A stretch of DNA of 64,000 nucleotides from an uncultured Gemmatimonadales bacterium (GCA_963741945.1 CAVUKA010000005.1:448001-512000), one strand, 5' to 3'; positions 19,227 to 30,015 are shown, counted from the first letter of the stretch. The notes: generated from the sequence alone by a model not told the origin. Translations and numbers: made by a program.

Positions 19227-19685
19227 ATGATGGCACGAGTTCCGGTGGTACGGCGGACGCGGTCGGCATGGGCCGACATGAACCGGCTGGCCAGGGAAAT
19301 GGATAGCCTCTTCGGTGGCTCGCTCGCCTCCACGCCGGACCTGTGGGCCCCGGCCGTGGACGTGGAAGAGACGCCCGATCACCTGTTGCTGCGGGCGGAG
19401 CTTCCGGGTGTGAGTCGCGAGGACATCGACATCGAGCTCGAGGACGGTGTGCTCACGATCCAGGGCGAGAAGAAGGAAGAGCAGCGGGATGAGAACGGCC
19501 AGATGCTCCTGTACGAGCGCCGCTGGGGTACGTTCGCCCGTCGTTTCACGCTGCCCCGGGCGGTGGATGCGAGCGGGATCAAGGCCTCGTTCGAGAACGG
19601 CGTTCTGGTGGTCGAGGTCCCGAAGGCCGAGGAGGCCAAGGGGCGCAAGATCCAGATCTCGGATGGCGGGCGGGATGTGAGTTGA
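19227..19685 (+). CDS. Small heat-shock protein (Hsp20/alpha-crystallin)
   Basis: PAVDVEET, AELPG, ERRWGTFARRFTLP, ASFENGVL, C-terminal IQI motif; GGAGG RBS. Confidence 0.95.
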   Translation: MMARVPVVRRTRSAWADMNRLAREMDSLFGGSLASTPDLWAPAVDVEETPDHLLLRAELPGVSREDIDIELEDGVLTIQGEKKEEQRDENGQMLLYERRWGTFARRFTLPRAVDASGIKASFENGVLVVEVPKAEEAKGRKIQISDGGRDVS

Positions 19686-19708
19686 CGCGCCAGCCTCGCG
19701 AAAGCAGG

Positions 19709-19750
19709 AGGGCTCCCCGTCGCGATCGAGCGAGCGGGGAGCCCTTTCCG
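19709..19750. terminator. Intrinsic terminator hairpin between convergent hsp20 and udk
   Basis: AGGGCTCCCC...GGGGAGCCCT followed by TTCCGTTT. Confidence 0.7.
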
Positions 19751-19779
19751 TTTCGGCTCAGCGCGGCTGGCGCTGCGTT

Positions 19780-20433
19780 TCAGGAGCGGAGCGAGCCAGC
19801 CCGCTCCAGGCGAGCTTTCACCGTGGCGATCACCAGGTCAGCGCCCACCCGGTTGTGTCCTCCTCTCGGGATGATCACGTCCGCGTACCGCTTGCTCGGC
19901 TCCACGAACTCGAGGTGCATGGGACGCACCGTCTTCATGTACTGCGTCAGCACCGATTCGGCCGACCGCGCCCGCTCCTCCATGTCGCGGCGAAGGCGGC
20001 GCCCGAGGCGCACATCGGCATCCGCATCCACGAACAGCTTCACGTCCATGAGGTCCCGCAGGCGACGATCCCACAGGATCAGGATGCCGTCCAGGATGAT
20101 CACGGGCTTCGGTTCCACTCGCCGGGTCTCCGGTCGCCTCAGGTGCTGCGAGAAATCGTAGATCGGCACCTCCACCGGCTGGCCCTGCAGGAGAGTGCGC
20201 AGGTGCTCGATCAGCAGGGCGGTCTCCAGCGACTCCGGGTGGTCGTAGTTGATGGCCGCGCGCTCCTCGAACGGGAGGTGGGCGGCATCACGGTAGTACG
20301 AATCGTGGTGCAGGACGGCCACATCCTGTGGACCGATCGCTTCCACGATCCGGCGGACCACTGTGGTCTTCCCGGATCCGCTCCCGCCGGCCACGCCGAT
20401 CAGCACCGGCCGCTCACGCTCGTCTTCACCCAT
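19780..20433 (-). CDS. udk: Uridine kinase
   Basis: GGSGSGKTT, DSYY, NYDHP, RRLRRD, FVEPSKRYADVIIP. Confidence 0.95.
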   Translation of the reverse strand: MGEDERERPVLIGVAGGSGSGKTTVVRRIVEAIGPQDVAVLHHDSYYRDAAHLPFEERAAINYDHPESLETALLIEHLRTLLQGQPVEVPIYDFSQHLRRPETRRVEPKPVIILDGILILWDRRLRDLMDVKLFVDADADVRLGRRLRRDMEERARSAESVLTQYMKTVRPMHLEFVEPSKRYADVIIPRGGHNRVGADLVIATVKARLERAGSLRS

Positions 20434-20493
20434 TGAGCCCCAAGATGCCCGGACGGTGCCCGACCCAGCAAGGCATGACGTCCCCGCTCCGCG

Positions 20494-21051
20494 TCAGCCC
20501 GGATCCGCGCCCACCACCCGCTCCAGGATCACGCGCTCGAGCGCACCCGTGCTCGCGCATGGGATCGGGGCCGTGCTCACGCCCGACGTCCCGGCCATCG
20601 CCTGGAACCGGGTCCGCACGACGGTCGCCTCCCCGGCTGGCGCCAGGGTGGTCTGAAGCGTCACACGCACTTGTCCCTGGTCCGCCTTGGACGTTCCCAG
20701 GGAATAGCCACAGTTCAGGTAGCGCGACATCCGCTGTCCCGCCAGCCGGCTCGTGCGACGATCCACGACTCCGACCGTATGACTCCCCGGGTTGACGCTC
20801 AGCGCCGAGGCGGGGATCCCCAGCGCACGGTACGCCGTGAGCAGCCGGGACCAGGCTTCGGTCAGCGGGACGTCCACCTGCGCCGAAGTCACCTGCTTCT
20901 CACGCGTGATCTCGAGCGGCCGCCCCCCGGTCTCTATGCGCATCGGCTCATCCGGCACGTCCATGGACGGCGACCCCGTGCCTGCGCCGGCGCACGCGGG
21001 GACCGCCGCCCCCAGAACCAGCGCCAGCACGTACTTCTCGGCTCTGCCCAT
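20494..21051 (-). CDS. Hypothetical lipoprotein
   Basis: Signal peptide ending VPAC, YLNCG and CASTG cysteine pair; AGGAGG RBS. Confidence 0.75.
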   Translation of the reverse strand: MGRAEKYVLALVLGAAVPACAGAGTGSPSMDVPDEPMRIETGGRPLEITREKQVTSAQVDVPLTEAWSRLLTAYRALGIPASALSVNPGSHTVGVVDRRTSRLAGQRMSRYLNCGYSLGTSKADQGQVRVTLQTTLAPAGEATVVRTRFQAMAGTSGVSTAPIPCASTGALERVILERVVGADPG

Positions 21052-21109
21052 TGACGGACCTCCTTCGTGGGCACATGGGCGGGCAACGCTTCACGACGTA
21101 TTGTAATGC

Positions 21110-22063
21110 ATGCACTGCCTCTTCTGCGACGATCCGCTCTCGCCTCGCCTGGCCCGCCCCGCCTTCGATCCGTGGCTCGGCCGGCTCTGGCACATCTGCC
21201 CATCATGCCACCGCTGGAACCCGGTCCCGCTGGAAGCGCGCTGGTCGGCGCTGGAGCGCCTGGAGGCCGCCGCCCGGGACGGCCGCGTGCGGCTTCGGAC
21301 GGAGCACCTCGACCTCGTGGAAGCCGGAGAGGGGCAGATGGTTCGCGTGGGCCGCGCGCCCCGTCCCGAGCTGGCGGTGTGGCGGTACGGTGACCTGGTG
21401 CCGAGGCCCCGCCCGCGCGGGCTCGGTGGCTGGCTGCGACGCCTGCTGGAAGGGCTGCCGTCGTCGCCATTCGGGTACAGCGGCGGCTACGGAGAGATGC
21501 TCGGCGGCCGGACCCTGCAGCAGCGCTGGCTGGCTTCTCCATTCGTGGATCAGGCGGCCACGCTCACGGCTGCGTTCCTCACCGTGCCGCTGGCGCCGGA
21601 ATGCCCGTCGTGCGGTGATCCGCTCTGGATCACTCCGTGGTCCTTCCAGGGCGTTCGCTTGGTCCTGGACGGTGGCGCCGCCACCACCGTGGCGGCGTGC
21701 GGGCTCTGTGGGGCCGAGGTGGGGATCGCGATGGGCGCGGCGCGGCCGGCGCTGCGCCTGGGGCTCTCGGTGGTGAACCGGCAGCTGCGGGAGCGAGCGC
21801 TGGTCGAGGGGGCCGCCGGCGAGCTGGACACGGCCGGGAGTCCGTCTGCGCTGCTGTTCGGTCTCGGATCGGCCGCCGAGGCGATCGGCGAGATGGATTC
21901 CGAACAGCGTCTCGCTCTCGGCATTGCGCTCGACGAGCAGGTGGAAGCGGAGCTTCTGGAGCGGGAGTGGCAGCAGGCGGAGGAACTCGCCGCGCTGGTC
22001 GATGGCACGCTCACGGAAGTGCCGGGCTTCGACGAGTTCCGCGACCGGGTGCTGGGCCGCTGA
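21110..22063 (+). CDS. Hypothetical protein with four CxxC pairs (two putative zinc ribbons)
   Basis: CLFC, CPSC, CPSC, CGLC; fills the gap between neighbouring genes. Confidence 0.75.
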   Translation: MHCLFCDDPLSPRLARPAFDPWLGRLWHICPSCHRWNPVPLEARWSALERLEAAARDGRVRLRTEHLDLVEAGEGQMVRVGRAPRPELAVWRYGDLVPRPRPRGLGGWLRRLLEGLPSSPFGYSGGYGEMLGGRTLQQRWLASPFVDQAATLTAAFLTVPLAPECPSCGDPLWITPWSFQGVRLVLDGGAATTVAACGLCGAEVGIAMGAARPALRLGLSVVNRQLRERALVEGAAGELDTAGSPSALLFGLGSAAEAIGEMDSEQRLALGIALDEQVEAELLEREWQQAEELAALVDGTLTEVPGFDEFRDRVLGR

Positions 22064-22069
22064 CCCCCG

Positions 22070-23530
22070 TCAGATGTCCAGCGTGCCCGGGAACTGGGGC
22101 CCCGCTCCACCCTTGGGCCGGCGCGCCCCGCGCGTGTAGCGGCCGGCGTCGCTGCGGCTGATCCGCTTCTGCGCCACGAGCGCTTCCAGCACCAGCTCCG
22201 CCGCGGCCGCGCGCACCCCCGGTCGGCCGCCATCGCCGATGTCGAGGCCGTCCACCACGTCCATGAGCGACGGCACGCCCTGGAGCCCCTCGAGCACCGC
22301 ATCATCCCGCGCCATGTCCGCCAGCTGGACCACGCCGCCGCGGTCGAAGTGATCCACGATCTCGTCCAGCTCCTCGTCCACGGGCAGCCGGCGCCTCGAC
22401 TCGAACGTCTCCAGCGCCGCCTGGGACACGAGATCCCGGGCGATCCTCGGCGCCCCCTGCAGCTCGCCTTCGTACTCCAACTCCATCTTGCCCGTGATGG
22501 CCGGGAGCGCGGCGTGGACATCGCTCACCCGCGGCGTGACACGGTCTTCTCCCAGTAGCACGGCGCGCCGCTCGGCATTGCTGACGGCGTTCTCGAGGAC
22601 CGTGATCGGCATGCGCTGGCTGACACCGCTCCGCTGATCGATACGCTTGTCCGTTCGGGCCAGGAACGCCACCCGCTCCACCACCTCGGAAACGAACGCG
22701 GGGACATCGACGGGCTTTCCGCCGCGCGCCAGCCACGCTTCCTGCGCGGTGATCTCCATCCCGGCCTCCACATCCTCCGGGTAGTGCGTCATCACCTCCG
22801 CGCCGATCCGGTCCTTCAGCGGCGTGATGATCTTGCCCCGCGCGGTGTAGTCCTCGGGATTGGCCGTGAAGACCAGGAGCACGTCCAGCGGCAGGCGCAC
22901 CGGATAGCCTTTGATCTGGACATCCCCCTCCTGCATGATGTTGAAGAGCCCCACCTGGATGCGGCCCGCCAGGTCCGGCAGCTCGTTCACCGCGAAGATC
23001 CCGCGGTTGGCCCTGGGCAGGAGTCCGAAGTGGATCGTCAGCTCGTCCGCCAGCACGTGGCCTCCTCGCGCGGCACGGATCGGATCCAGGTCCCCGATGA
23101 TGTCCGCAATCGTGACATCCGGGGTGGCGAGCTTCTCGATATAGCGCGCATCGCGGCCGATCCACTCGATCGGCGTCTCATCCCCGTGCTCCTCCACCAT
23201 CTGCCGGCCGTACTTCGACACCGGATGCAGCGGGTCGTCGTTCACTTCGCTTCCCGCGATGATCGGTATGGCTTCGTCCAGAAGACTGGCGAGCTGCCGC
23301 ACGATCCGGCTCTTCGCCTGACCGCGCAGTCCGAGCAGGATGAAGTTCTGGCGGGCCAGGACGGCATTGACGAGCTGCGGCTCCACGGTTTCCTCGTACC
23401 CGAGGATGCCCGGGAAGAGCGTTTCGCCCGCTTCCAGCTTCCGCAGCAGGTTCTCGCGCATCTCGTCCTTCACGCGCCGCCCCGTGTAGCCGGACTCTTT
23501 CAGTGCTCCGAGTGTGGTGGGTCGTGACAT
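22070..23530 (-). CDS. Mg-chelatase-like/MoxR-related AAA+ ATPase (Rv0958-like)
   Basis: GLRGQAKS Walker A, EKLATPD, GLLPRANRGIF, NELPDL, ANPEDYT, TPLKDR. Confidence 0.88.
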   Translation of the reverse strand: MSRPTTLGALKESGYTGRRVKDEMRENLLRKLEAGETLFPGILGYEETVEPQLVNAVLARQNFILLGLRGQAKSRIVRQLASLLDEAIPIIAGSEVNDDPLHPVSKYGRQMVEEHGDETPIEWIGRDARYIEKLATPDVTIADIIGDLDPIRAARGGHVLADELTIHFGLLPRANRGIFAVNELPDLAGRIQVGLFNIMQEGDVQIKGYPVRLPLDVLLVFTANPEDYTARGKIITPLKDRIGAEVMTHYPEDVEAGMEITAQEAWLARGGKPVDVPAFVSEVVERVAFLARTDKRIDQRSGVSQRMPITVLENAVSNAERRAVLLGEDRVTPRVSDVHAALPAITGKMELEYEGELQGAPRIARDLVSQAALETFESRRRLPVDEELDEIVDHFDRGGVVQLADMARDDAVLEGLQGVPSLMDVVDGLDIGDGGRPGVRAAAAELVLEALVAQKRISRSDAGRYTRGARRPKGGAGPQFPGTLDI

Positions 23531-23554
23531 CCGCTTCCTGGCTCAGGTGATCCG

Positions 23555-24358
23555 TCAGTCGAGCACGATCGCGACGCCCGTGGCCGTGCGCACCAGCCGG
23601 GGCAGGATACGCGGGATCTCTGCCCGTTCCATGGAAGCCATCGCGGCCTCCACGGACGCGTACCCCGCCAGCGACTCCAGCGTTTTCACGGTGGGGAAGA
23701 CCATGGGCAGGCTGCCCCCATGGAACTGCTCCAGCGCATCGGCGGGTGACCGCCATGCCGCTTCGGTCATCTCGCGCGGGTCCGCCGTCGCTTCCCGCCC
23801 GACTGGCAGCGCCGCCGCGAAGAAGTGGGTGTCATACCGTCGCGGCTCGACAACGGGCGTGACCCAGTGGGCGATGTGGACCATGCCTCGGGCGTCGAGC
23901 GCCACGTCCAGGTCGTCGAGGACCTGGAGCAGCGTTGCACTCCCGTCCATCAGGCCGTGCCGCATGGCCTCGATCCGTCGATCCGAGAGAGCATCACCGG
24001 TCCACTCGCCGCCCTCGTGCCTCGCCAGCAGCACGCCGGTCTCCTCGAACAGCTCGCGGAGGGCCGCCACCCAGAACGCCGGCTCCGGCCGAATGGGCCT
24101 TCCCTCCAGGCCGCTCACACGATCATGAATCGCGGGAGCGGCGTCCGCCTTGTCCACCCGGCCGCCCGGGAAGACCCAGGCTCCCGGGACGAAGCCGCTG
24201 CTCTGGTGGCGCCGGAGCAGGAGAACTTCCAGACCGGACGGGCCGTCGCGCATGAGCACGACCGTGGCGGCGGGCCGCGGCGTTGCTGGCGGAGATGGCG
24301 GCCGGTCCACGGTGGCCGCAAAGCCTTCTGGCAGATTTTCGCTCGGGATCTCGAACAT
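23555..24358 (-). CDS. NUDIX hydrolase
   Basis: VFPGGRVD, ALRELFEETG Nudix box, HWVTP..RRYDTHFF. Confidence 0.9.
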   Translation of the reverse strand: MFEIPSENLPEGFAATVDRPPSPPATPRPAATVVLMRDGPSGLEVLLLRRHQSSGFVPGAWVFPGGRVDKADAAPAIHDRVSGLEGRPIRPEPAFWVAALRELFEETGVLLARHEGGEWTGDALSDRRIEAMRHGLMDGSATLLQVLDDLDVALDARGMVHIAHWVTPVVEPRRYDTHFFAAALPVGREATADPREMTEAAWRSPADALEQFHGGSLPMVFPTVKTLESLAGYASVEAAMASMERAEIPRILPRLVRTATGVAIVLD

Positions 24359-25206
24359 CACGCCTCGTTGTGACCGAGCGCGGTCACGTCCCGACCGCTC
24401 AACCCCGGTGGGCGGATCTCGGGCGCCCCGGACCGTGGCACTTCCGCGCTCCGCGCGAGCCCGCGCCCGTTCAGGACGTCATCCAGCTGACCCAGTACGT
24501 GCTGGCGGTAGCTCGAGCGCGCGGCGTTCCGGATGAACAGCGCGATCAACACGAGCCACATGCCGCTCATCACGTCGCCCTGGAACACTTCCCACAGGCC
24601 GTACGCGACCATCGCCATGGCCATCCACACGCCCACGCGCGACGCCCAGCGCGTCGCGCGAGTCACATCGCCGGTCGCCTTCCAGATGCCGGCGCGCAGG
24701 AGCCGGCCTCCATCCATGGGGAACCCGGGAATCAGGTTGAACGTGCCGAGCACGAGGTTCAGCGCCGTCATGTACCCCAGCACGCCCATGGCGGCCCCAG
24801 GCCAGTGCGCCTCGGCACCCAGCAGCCAGATCCCGAAGAAGGCGCCGGCCAGCCCGAAGCTGGCCAGCGGCCCCGCGCCCGCAATGACGAACTCCTCCGT
24901 GGGCGAGCGGCTGTCCCGCGCCGTCTGGGCCATCCCGCCGAAGAGAAAGAACGTGATGCGGCGCACCGGGATTCCCCGCCGCATCGCCACTAGCGAGTGC
25001 GCCAGCTCGTGGCCGAGGAGGGATGCGAAGAAGAGGAGCGTGATCCCCACCGCCATGATCAGGCGCTCCGCCGCTCCCACTCCCGGGAAGTCCACGGGTA
25101 GCGCGTTCGAATAGAGCGTCCAGGTCACGAGCGCGGCGATGATGAACCACGAGGGATGCACGCGCAGATCGATGCCGAACAAGCGTCCGATTTTGAAGCC
25201 GTCCAT
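24358..25206 (-). CDS. Site-2 protease (M50 family)
   Basis: HELAH, AGAGP, FNLIPGFPMDGG, several TM helices. Confidence 0.92.
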   Translation of the reverse strand: MDGFKIGRLFGIDLRVHPSWFIIAALVTWTLYSNALPVDFPGVGAAERLIMAVGITLLFFASLLGHELAHSLVAMRRGIPVRRITFFLFGGMAQTARDSRSPTEEFVIAGAGPLASFGLAGAFFGIWLLGAEAHWPGAAMGVLGYMTALNLVLGTFNLIPGFPMDGGRLLRAGIWKATGDVTRATRWASRVGVWMAMAMVAYGLWEVFQGDVMSGMWLVLIALFIRNAARSSYRQHVLGQLDDVLNGRGLARSAEVPRSGAPEIRPPGLSGRDVTALGHNEA

Positions 25207-25362
25207 CCGTCTCCCTTTGGCGGCACTCGGGCCCGGGGATTGGGCAGGCCACCGGCCCGGGAGCTACCCGGTCACCGCTGCGGAGTTCCCCCTTCGGCCC
25301 GGTCTTCCGCGACCCGGCCGCCGGGGGGTCATGCGAGGAGCGGGCCAGCGGTCCCGGAGCGC

Positions 25363-26241
25363 TCAGGGGCCGATCAGGTCCACCCGGCGGTGCATCCTCG
25401 CCACCACGGGAATGGGTGGCGCGGCGCCCGCTTCCATCTGCAGCGTGCCCTCCAAGACGCCACTCTCGTCGCGGCCCACCAGCAGCATCCGCCCGGGGTC
25501 CCAGAGGGCGCTTCCAGTGCGGAAGCCCTCGAGATGCTGACGAACCTGGACGCCGCCCGACCAACCCGTCACTTCCACTCGGATCCTGGACCGTGTCCAC
25601 AGCCGGAGCACCCGTCGCGGGCCCAGCAGCGTGTCACCGACCAGCGCCGTCGTGGTCGCCTCCCACGTGGACGTTGTCGTGCCACCGGTGGACTCCCGCG
25701 TCGCCACCGTATCCTCCCACTCGTCCCCCACCACTGCGGTTCGCCCCGGAAGATGGATGAAGAAGAGCCGCGGCAGCCTTTCCGGCCCCGAGACATCACT
25801 GAACGCCAGGCTGAGCGACGGAGTGTCGAGCACGGTCACACCGCCCCGCGGCGTCACCGAGAGCTCGAACGGTCCCTCCACATCGGAATCCACAACGGAC
25901 GCCCCACCCCGCGCCGGGGCCGAGAAGCCGCCCCTCAGGCGTGGGAAGCGGACGGTCACGGCAAGTCCGGCGGGCGTCTCGTGGAAGGCGAGCTCGGCCG
26001 TTCCCGCCAGCGCCGTCGTGGGTCGCATGGTCCCCATCGCGCCCGTGTCGAACGAGAAGGCCGTGGTGTCGGCGAACGCATACACCGCCGTGCCGACCTC
26101 GGGCGTACCGTAGGCCAGCGGGCGCGGCGCCGGGGCTGCGGGCGGCGAAGAGCAGGCGGAGAGGGCTCCGACCAGCGCGAGGGCCACCGGTGCGGCCGGC
26201 CGCCGCGCGCGCCGGTCGAACCCTCTCCGGCCGGGGATCAC
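25363..26241 (-). CDS. Hypothetical lipoprotein
   Basis: LSAC lipobox after a hydrophobic stretch; beta-rich body; 4-bp overlap with the upstream gene. Confidence 0.65.
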   Translation of the reverse strand: MIPGRRGFDRRARRPAAPVALALVGALSACSSPPAAPAPRPLAYGTPEVGTAVYAFADTTAFSFDTGAMGTMRPTTALAGTAELAFHETPAGLAVTVRFPRLRGGFSAPARGGASVVDSDVEGPFELSVTPRGGVTVLDTPSLSLAFSDVSGPERLPRLFFIHLPGRTAVVGDEWEDTVATRESTGGTTTSTWEATTTALVGDTLLGPRRVLRLWTRSRIRVEVTGWSGGVQVRQHLEGFRTGSALWDPGRMLLVGRDESGVLEGTLQMEAGAAPPIPVVARMHRRVDLIGP

Positions 26242-27293
26242 ATTCCCCGGATTCGCACGGAGCCCGATCCGGTATCGATCTCGATGGAGCCACGGCCGTC
26301 GCCGATGGTCCCATCGAGCTCGTCCCGCGCGTGATGCGTGATCGTGAGGGGGACGTCCACATGGATCCCGCCACTCCCCGTCTCGACGTGCAGGCGCGCC
26401 CCGACGTCCTGCGCCAGGCGCAGCACGACGCTCCCCGAACCCGTGTCCACCACCAGCCGGTCCACGTCCTTCGTCAGTTCCGCCTCCACCGAGCCGCTGC
26501 CGGTGTCCAGCGCGAGATCGGACGCGGTGGCGGACAGAAGGGTGATGCCGCCGGAGCCGGTGTCGATCTCGAGCGAGCGCGAGGCGACGTCTCGGGCATC
26601 CACGCTCCCCGACCCGGTGTCGATGCGCAGCGCGTCCGCGGTCACGCCCACCACCCGCACCCCACCCGACCCCGTGTCCACGTCGAGGTCGCCGGCCATC
26701 CCATCCACGTCCACGCTGCCGGAGCCCGTATCGATCACCAGGCGCCCCGACATGTCGCTGGCGGACACGGCTCCCGCCGACGTGTCCAGGCGAAGGTCGC
26801 CATCCACGTTCTCCGCGGTGATCCGGCCCACGCCCAGATAGATATCCACGCGCTGACCGCGAGGAATTCCGACGGTCAGATCGGCATGTGCGTCCAGCCC
26901 GCCCGGCCGCGTGGAAATGCGGACGCGTTCGCCGCCCCTGTCCCGGTCACCCCACGTGCCGTCTCTGCGGACCCGGAGCGTTGTGCTGCCGTTCCAGCCA
27001 TCGGGATCATAGTGGACGCGGTCGGAAGGATAGACCACTCGCAGCGTCTGCCTTCCGCCCACGTCGCCCGTCCGGATCTCGAGCTGGTCGGCGTCGGCGC
27101 CGGCCCGGGTGACCGCCACGGTCACGGCAGAGCCGCCGGTGGCCGCCACCTGGAGCTGGCCGGCCAGGTTGAACACGGCCACATGCTCGCCGCTCACCTG
27201 GTAGCCCTCCTGGGCCGAAGCGGCGGCAGGATGGGCCAGGGCAATGAACAGGAAGGCGGCCGTCGCGGCCGCGAGATCGTGAGCTTGATTCAT
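26238..27293 (-). CDS. DUF4097-family beta-strand-repeat (adhesin-like) secreted protein
   Basis: Signal peptide (ASA-Q) and many DTGSG-type repeats. Confidence 0.85.
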   Translation of the reverse strand: MNQAHDLAAATAAFLFIALAHPAAASAQEGYQVSGEHVAVFNLAGQLQVAATGGSAVTVAVTRAGADADQLEIRTGDVGGRQTLRVVYPSDRVHYDPDGWNGSTTLRVRRDGTWGDRDRGGERVRISTRPGGLDAHADLTVGIPRGQRVDIYLGVGRITAENVDGDLRLDTSAGAVSASDMSGRLVIDTGSGSVDVDGMAGDLDVDTGSGGVRVVGVTADALRIDTGSGSVDARDVASRSLEIDTGSGGITLLSATASDLALDTGSGSVEAELTKDVDRLVVDTGSGSVVLRLAQDVGARLHVETGSGGIHVDVPLTITHHARDELDGTIGDGRGSIEIDTGSGSVRIRGM

Positions 27294-27426
27294 GAAGTGT
27301 TCTCGGCAAGGGTGCACGGGTGACGCTTCCCTTCCGTTCGATGGCGCGATCGCCTCGTTGGTTGGGAAGCGCCCCCGCGTCCACTACGCAGGCAGTGCCG
27401 CCGCGGGTTTCGCTTCGAGGCGGTTC

Positions 27427-28089
27427 CTACTCGATCTCGCTCACGTGATCGATGACCTTGCCCACTAGCCCGTAGTCCACGGCCTCCGCGGCGCTCAGCC
27501 AGAAGTTGCGGTGCGTGTCATCCACGATCCGCTCCAGCGGCTGGCCGGTCTGCTCGGAGAAGACGCGGTTCAGACGCCCTCGCATCTTCAGGATCTCCTT
27601 CGCCTCGATCTCCACGTCCGCCGCCGTGCCCCGCGCGCCGCCGGCCGGCTGGTGCAGCAGGAATCGTGTGTTCGGCAGTGAGAACCGCCGCTCCCGAGGC
27701 ACGGCCACGTAGATGAGCGCGCCCGCGCTGGCCACCCAGCCCGTGCCCACCATGCGCACGGGCGAGCGGATGAAACGGATCATGTCGTGGATGGTGTCAC
27801 CGGACTCCACGTGTCCGCCCTGGGAGTTGATGAAGACCGTGATCGGGGCTTCGGATTCCGCGTCGAGCGCCAGCATCTGCCCCATCACTTCCGCTGCCAG
27901 CTTCTGGTTCACCTCACCGCTGATGATCAGCGTGCGGGCCCGGAACAACCGGTTGCGGATGCTGTCCGTCCAACGGCTCGCGGTAGGACGGGGGCTCTCT
28001 TCTTCCTCTTCCTCGGGCGGCTGCGTTCCGGGCTCGCCCGGCTGCTGCGCGCCTTCCAGCAGGTCCTGCTCGTATCCGTCGCTCGGCAT
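27427..28089 (-). CDS. clpP: ATP-dependent Clp protease proteolytic subunit (ClpP2-like)
   Basis: FINSQGG, VASAG (Ser), LLHQP (His), DTHRNFW, EAVDYGLV. Confidence 0.92.
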   Translation of the reverse strand: MPSDGYEQDLLEGAQQPGEPGTQPPEEEEEESPRPTASRWTDSIRNRLFRARTLIISGEVNQKLAAEVMGQMLALDAESEAPITVFINSQGGHVESGDTIHDMIRFIRSPVRMVGTGWVASAGALIYVAVPRERRFSLPNTRFLLHQPAGGARGTAADVEIEAKEILKMRGRLNRVFSEQTGQPLERIVDDTHRNFWLSAAEAVDYGLVGKVIDHVSEIE

Positions 28090-28178
28090 TCCGATACCTC
28101 TTCCTTCCTTGAGTTCCGGCGCGGGCCCCCCGCGCCACCCGGCCCCGGCCATCGGCTCGGGCCCGGCCGTCTCGTGGT

Positions 28179-29855
28179 CTACTCCTGCTCCTGCATGGGC
28201 AGGCGGACGCCCCGCTCACGCGCCGTCTCCAGCGCGGCCTCGTAGCCGGCGTCCGCGTGTCTCGCGACACCGATGCCCGGATCGTTCGTCAGCACTCGCT
28301 CCAGCCGGACGCGCATTTCCGGGGTCCCGTCGGCCACGATGACCTGCCCCGCATGGAGCGCGTTGCCGATGCCGACGCCGCCGCCGTGATGAAAGCTGAC
28401 CCAGCTCGCCCCACTGGCGGTGTTCAGCAGTGCATTGAGGATCGGCCAGTCCGCCACCGCGTCCGTCCCATCCTTCATGGACTCCGTTTCCCGGAACGGG
28501 CTTGCCACGGAACCGGTGTCCAGGTGGTCGCGCCCGATCACAATGGGCGCTTTCAGCTCTCCGCTCGCAACCAGGTCGTTCAGTGCGACGCCGAAGCGGG
28601 CCCGCTCGCCCAGACCAAGCCAGCAGATGCGACTCGGAAGCCCCTGGAACTGCACCTTCTCACGCGCTTTCCGGATCCAGCGCGCCAGGTGCTCGTCCTC
28701 CGGGAACAGCTCCAGCACCAGCTCGTCCGTACGGTAGATGTCCGCCGGGTCGCCCGACAACGCCGCCCAGCGGAACGGACCCTTCCCCTCGCAGAACAGC
28801 GGCCGCACGTAGGCAGGCACGAACCCCGGAAAGGCGAACGCGTCGGCGTAGCCGGCGTCCTTCGCCTGACCGCGGAGGTTGTTCCCGTAGTCGAAGGTGA
28901 TGGCGCCGAGGTTCATGAGATCCACCATCGCCCGGCAGTGGATGGCCATGCTCTCCATTGAGCGACGGCGGTATTCCTCCGGATCCCCCTCCCGGAGCGC
29001 GTCCGCCTCCTCAAGCGTGAGCCCGGCCGGGACGTACCCGTTCAGCTCGTCGTGGGCGCTGGTCTGGTCCGTGAGGACATCCGGAACCACGCCCCGACGC
29101 GCGATCTCGGGGAGCACCTCCGCGCAGTTCCCCACCAGCCCGACGCTCACCGACTCTCCGCGCCTCGCGGCCCCCGTCACCCACTCCAGCGCCTCGTCCA
29201 GGTCGTGCGTCATCCGGTCGCAGTAGCCGGTGTCCAGGCGACGCTGAATCCGGCCCGGATCGACTTCCACCACCAGGATGGAGCCCTCGTTCATGGTGGC
29301 CGCGAGCGGCTGCGCGCCACCCATGCCGCCCATGCCGCCGGTCAGCACCCACTTCCCTTTCAGTGAGCCATCGAAATGCTGGCGCGCCAGCGCGCCGAAC
29401 GTCTCGTAGGTCCCCTGCAGGATCCCCTGGGTGCCGATGTATATCCAGGAGCCGGCGGTCATCTGCCCGAACATGATCAGGCCCTTCCGCTCGAGCTCGC
29501 GGAAATGGTCCCAGGTGGCCCAGCGGCCCACCAGGTTGGCGTTCGCGATCAGGACCCGCGGCGCGTGCTCATGCGTCCGGAACACCCCCACCGGCTTCCC
29601 GGACTGCACCAGGAGGGTCTCGTCGTTCTCCAGGCGACGCAGGGTGGCCACGATGGCGTCGAACGCCTCCCAGCTCCGGGCAGCCCGCCCCGTCCCGCCA
29701 TAGACCACCAGCTCATCCGGCCGCTCCGCCACGTCCGGATCCAGGTTGTTCATCAGCATCCGCAGCGCCGCCTCCTGCTGCCAGCCCTTGCAGGAGATCT
29801 CCGTGCCGCGTGGCGCGCGGACCGTGCGCGCACCCTTCACCGTACCTGTAGCCAT
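28179..29855 (-). CDS. hutU: Urocanate hydratase
   Basis: [58 protein letters not shown]. Confidence 0.97.
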   Translation of the reverse strand: MATGTVKGARTVRAPRGTEISCKGWQQEAALRMLMNNLDPDVAERPDELVVYGGTGRAARSWEAFDAIVATLRRLENDETLLVQSGKPVGVFRTHEHAPRVLIANANLVGRWATWDHFRELERKGLIMFGQMTAGSWIYIGTQGILQGTYETFGALARQHFDGSLKGKWVLTGGMGGMGGAQPLAATMNEGSILVVEVDPGRIQRRLDTGYCDRMTHDLDEALEWVTGAARRGESVSVGLVGNCAEVLPEIARRGVVPDVLTDQTSAHDELNGYVPAGLTLEEADALREGDPEEYRRRSMESMAIHCRAMVDLMNLGAITFDYGNNLRGQAKDAGYADAFAFPGFVPAYVRPLFCEGKGPFRWAALSGDPADIYRTDELVLELFPEDEHLARWIRKAREKVQFQGLPSRICWLGLGERARFGVALNDLVASGELKAPIVIGRDHLDTGSVASPFRETESMKDGTDAVADWPILNALLNTASGASWVSFHHGGGVGIGNALHAGQVIVADGTPEMRVRLERVLTNDPGIGVARHADAGYEAALETARERGVRLPMQEQE

Positions 29856-30015
29856 CTGTTCCGCCTCGTGTGTTCTCCGCCAGATCCGATTCCAGCTCCC
29901 GCGCTTCACCGGCTCCCCGAGAGGATGGCCCGCCGCACCCGCCCCCGGCAAGTGCCCGCCCCCCCTCGTGAGATCATGAGATCAGGCCCGTGTGCCGGGC
30001 CCCCGGTCCGCGCCG

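Noticed and set aside
26270-26790. Periodic DNA repeats
   Set aside because: They encode the DTGSG beta-strand repeats of the DUF4097 protein
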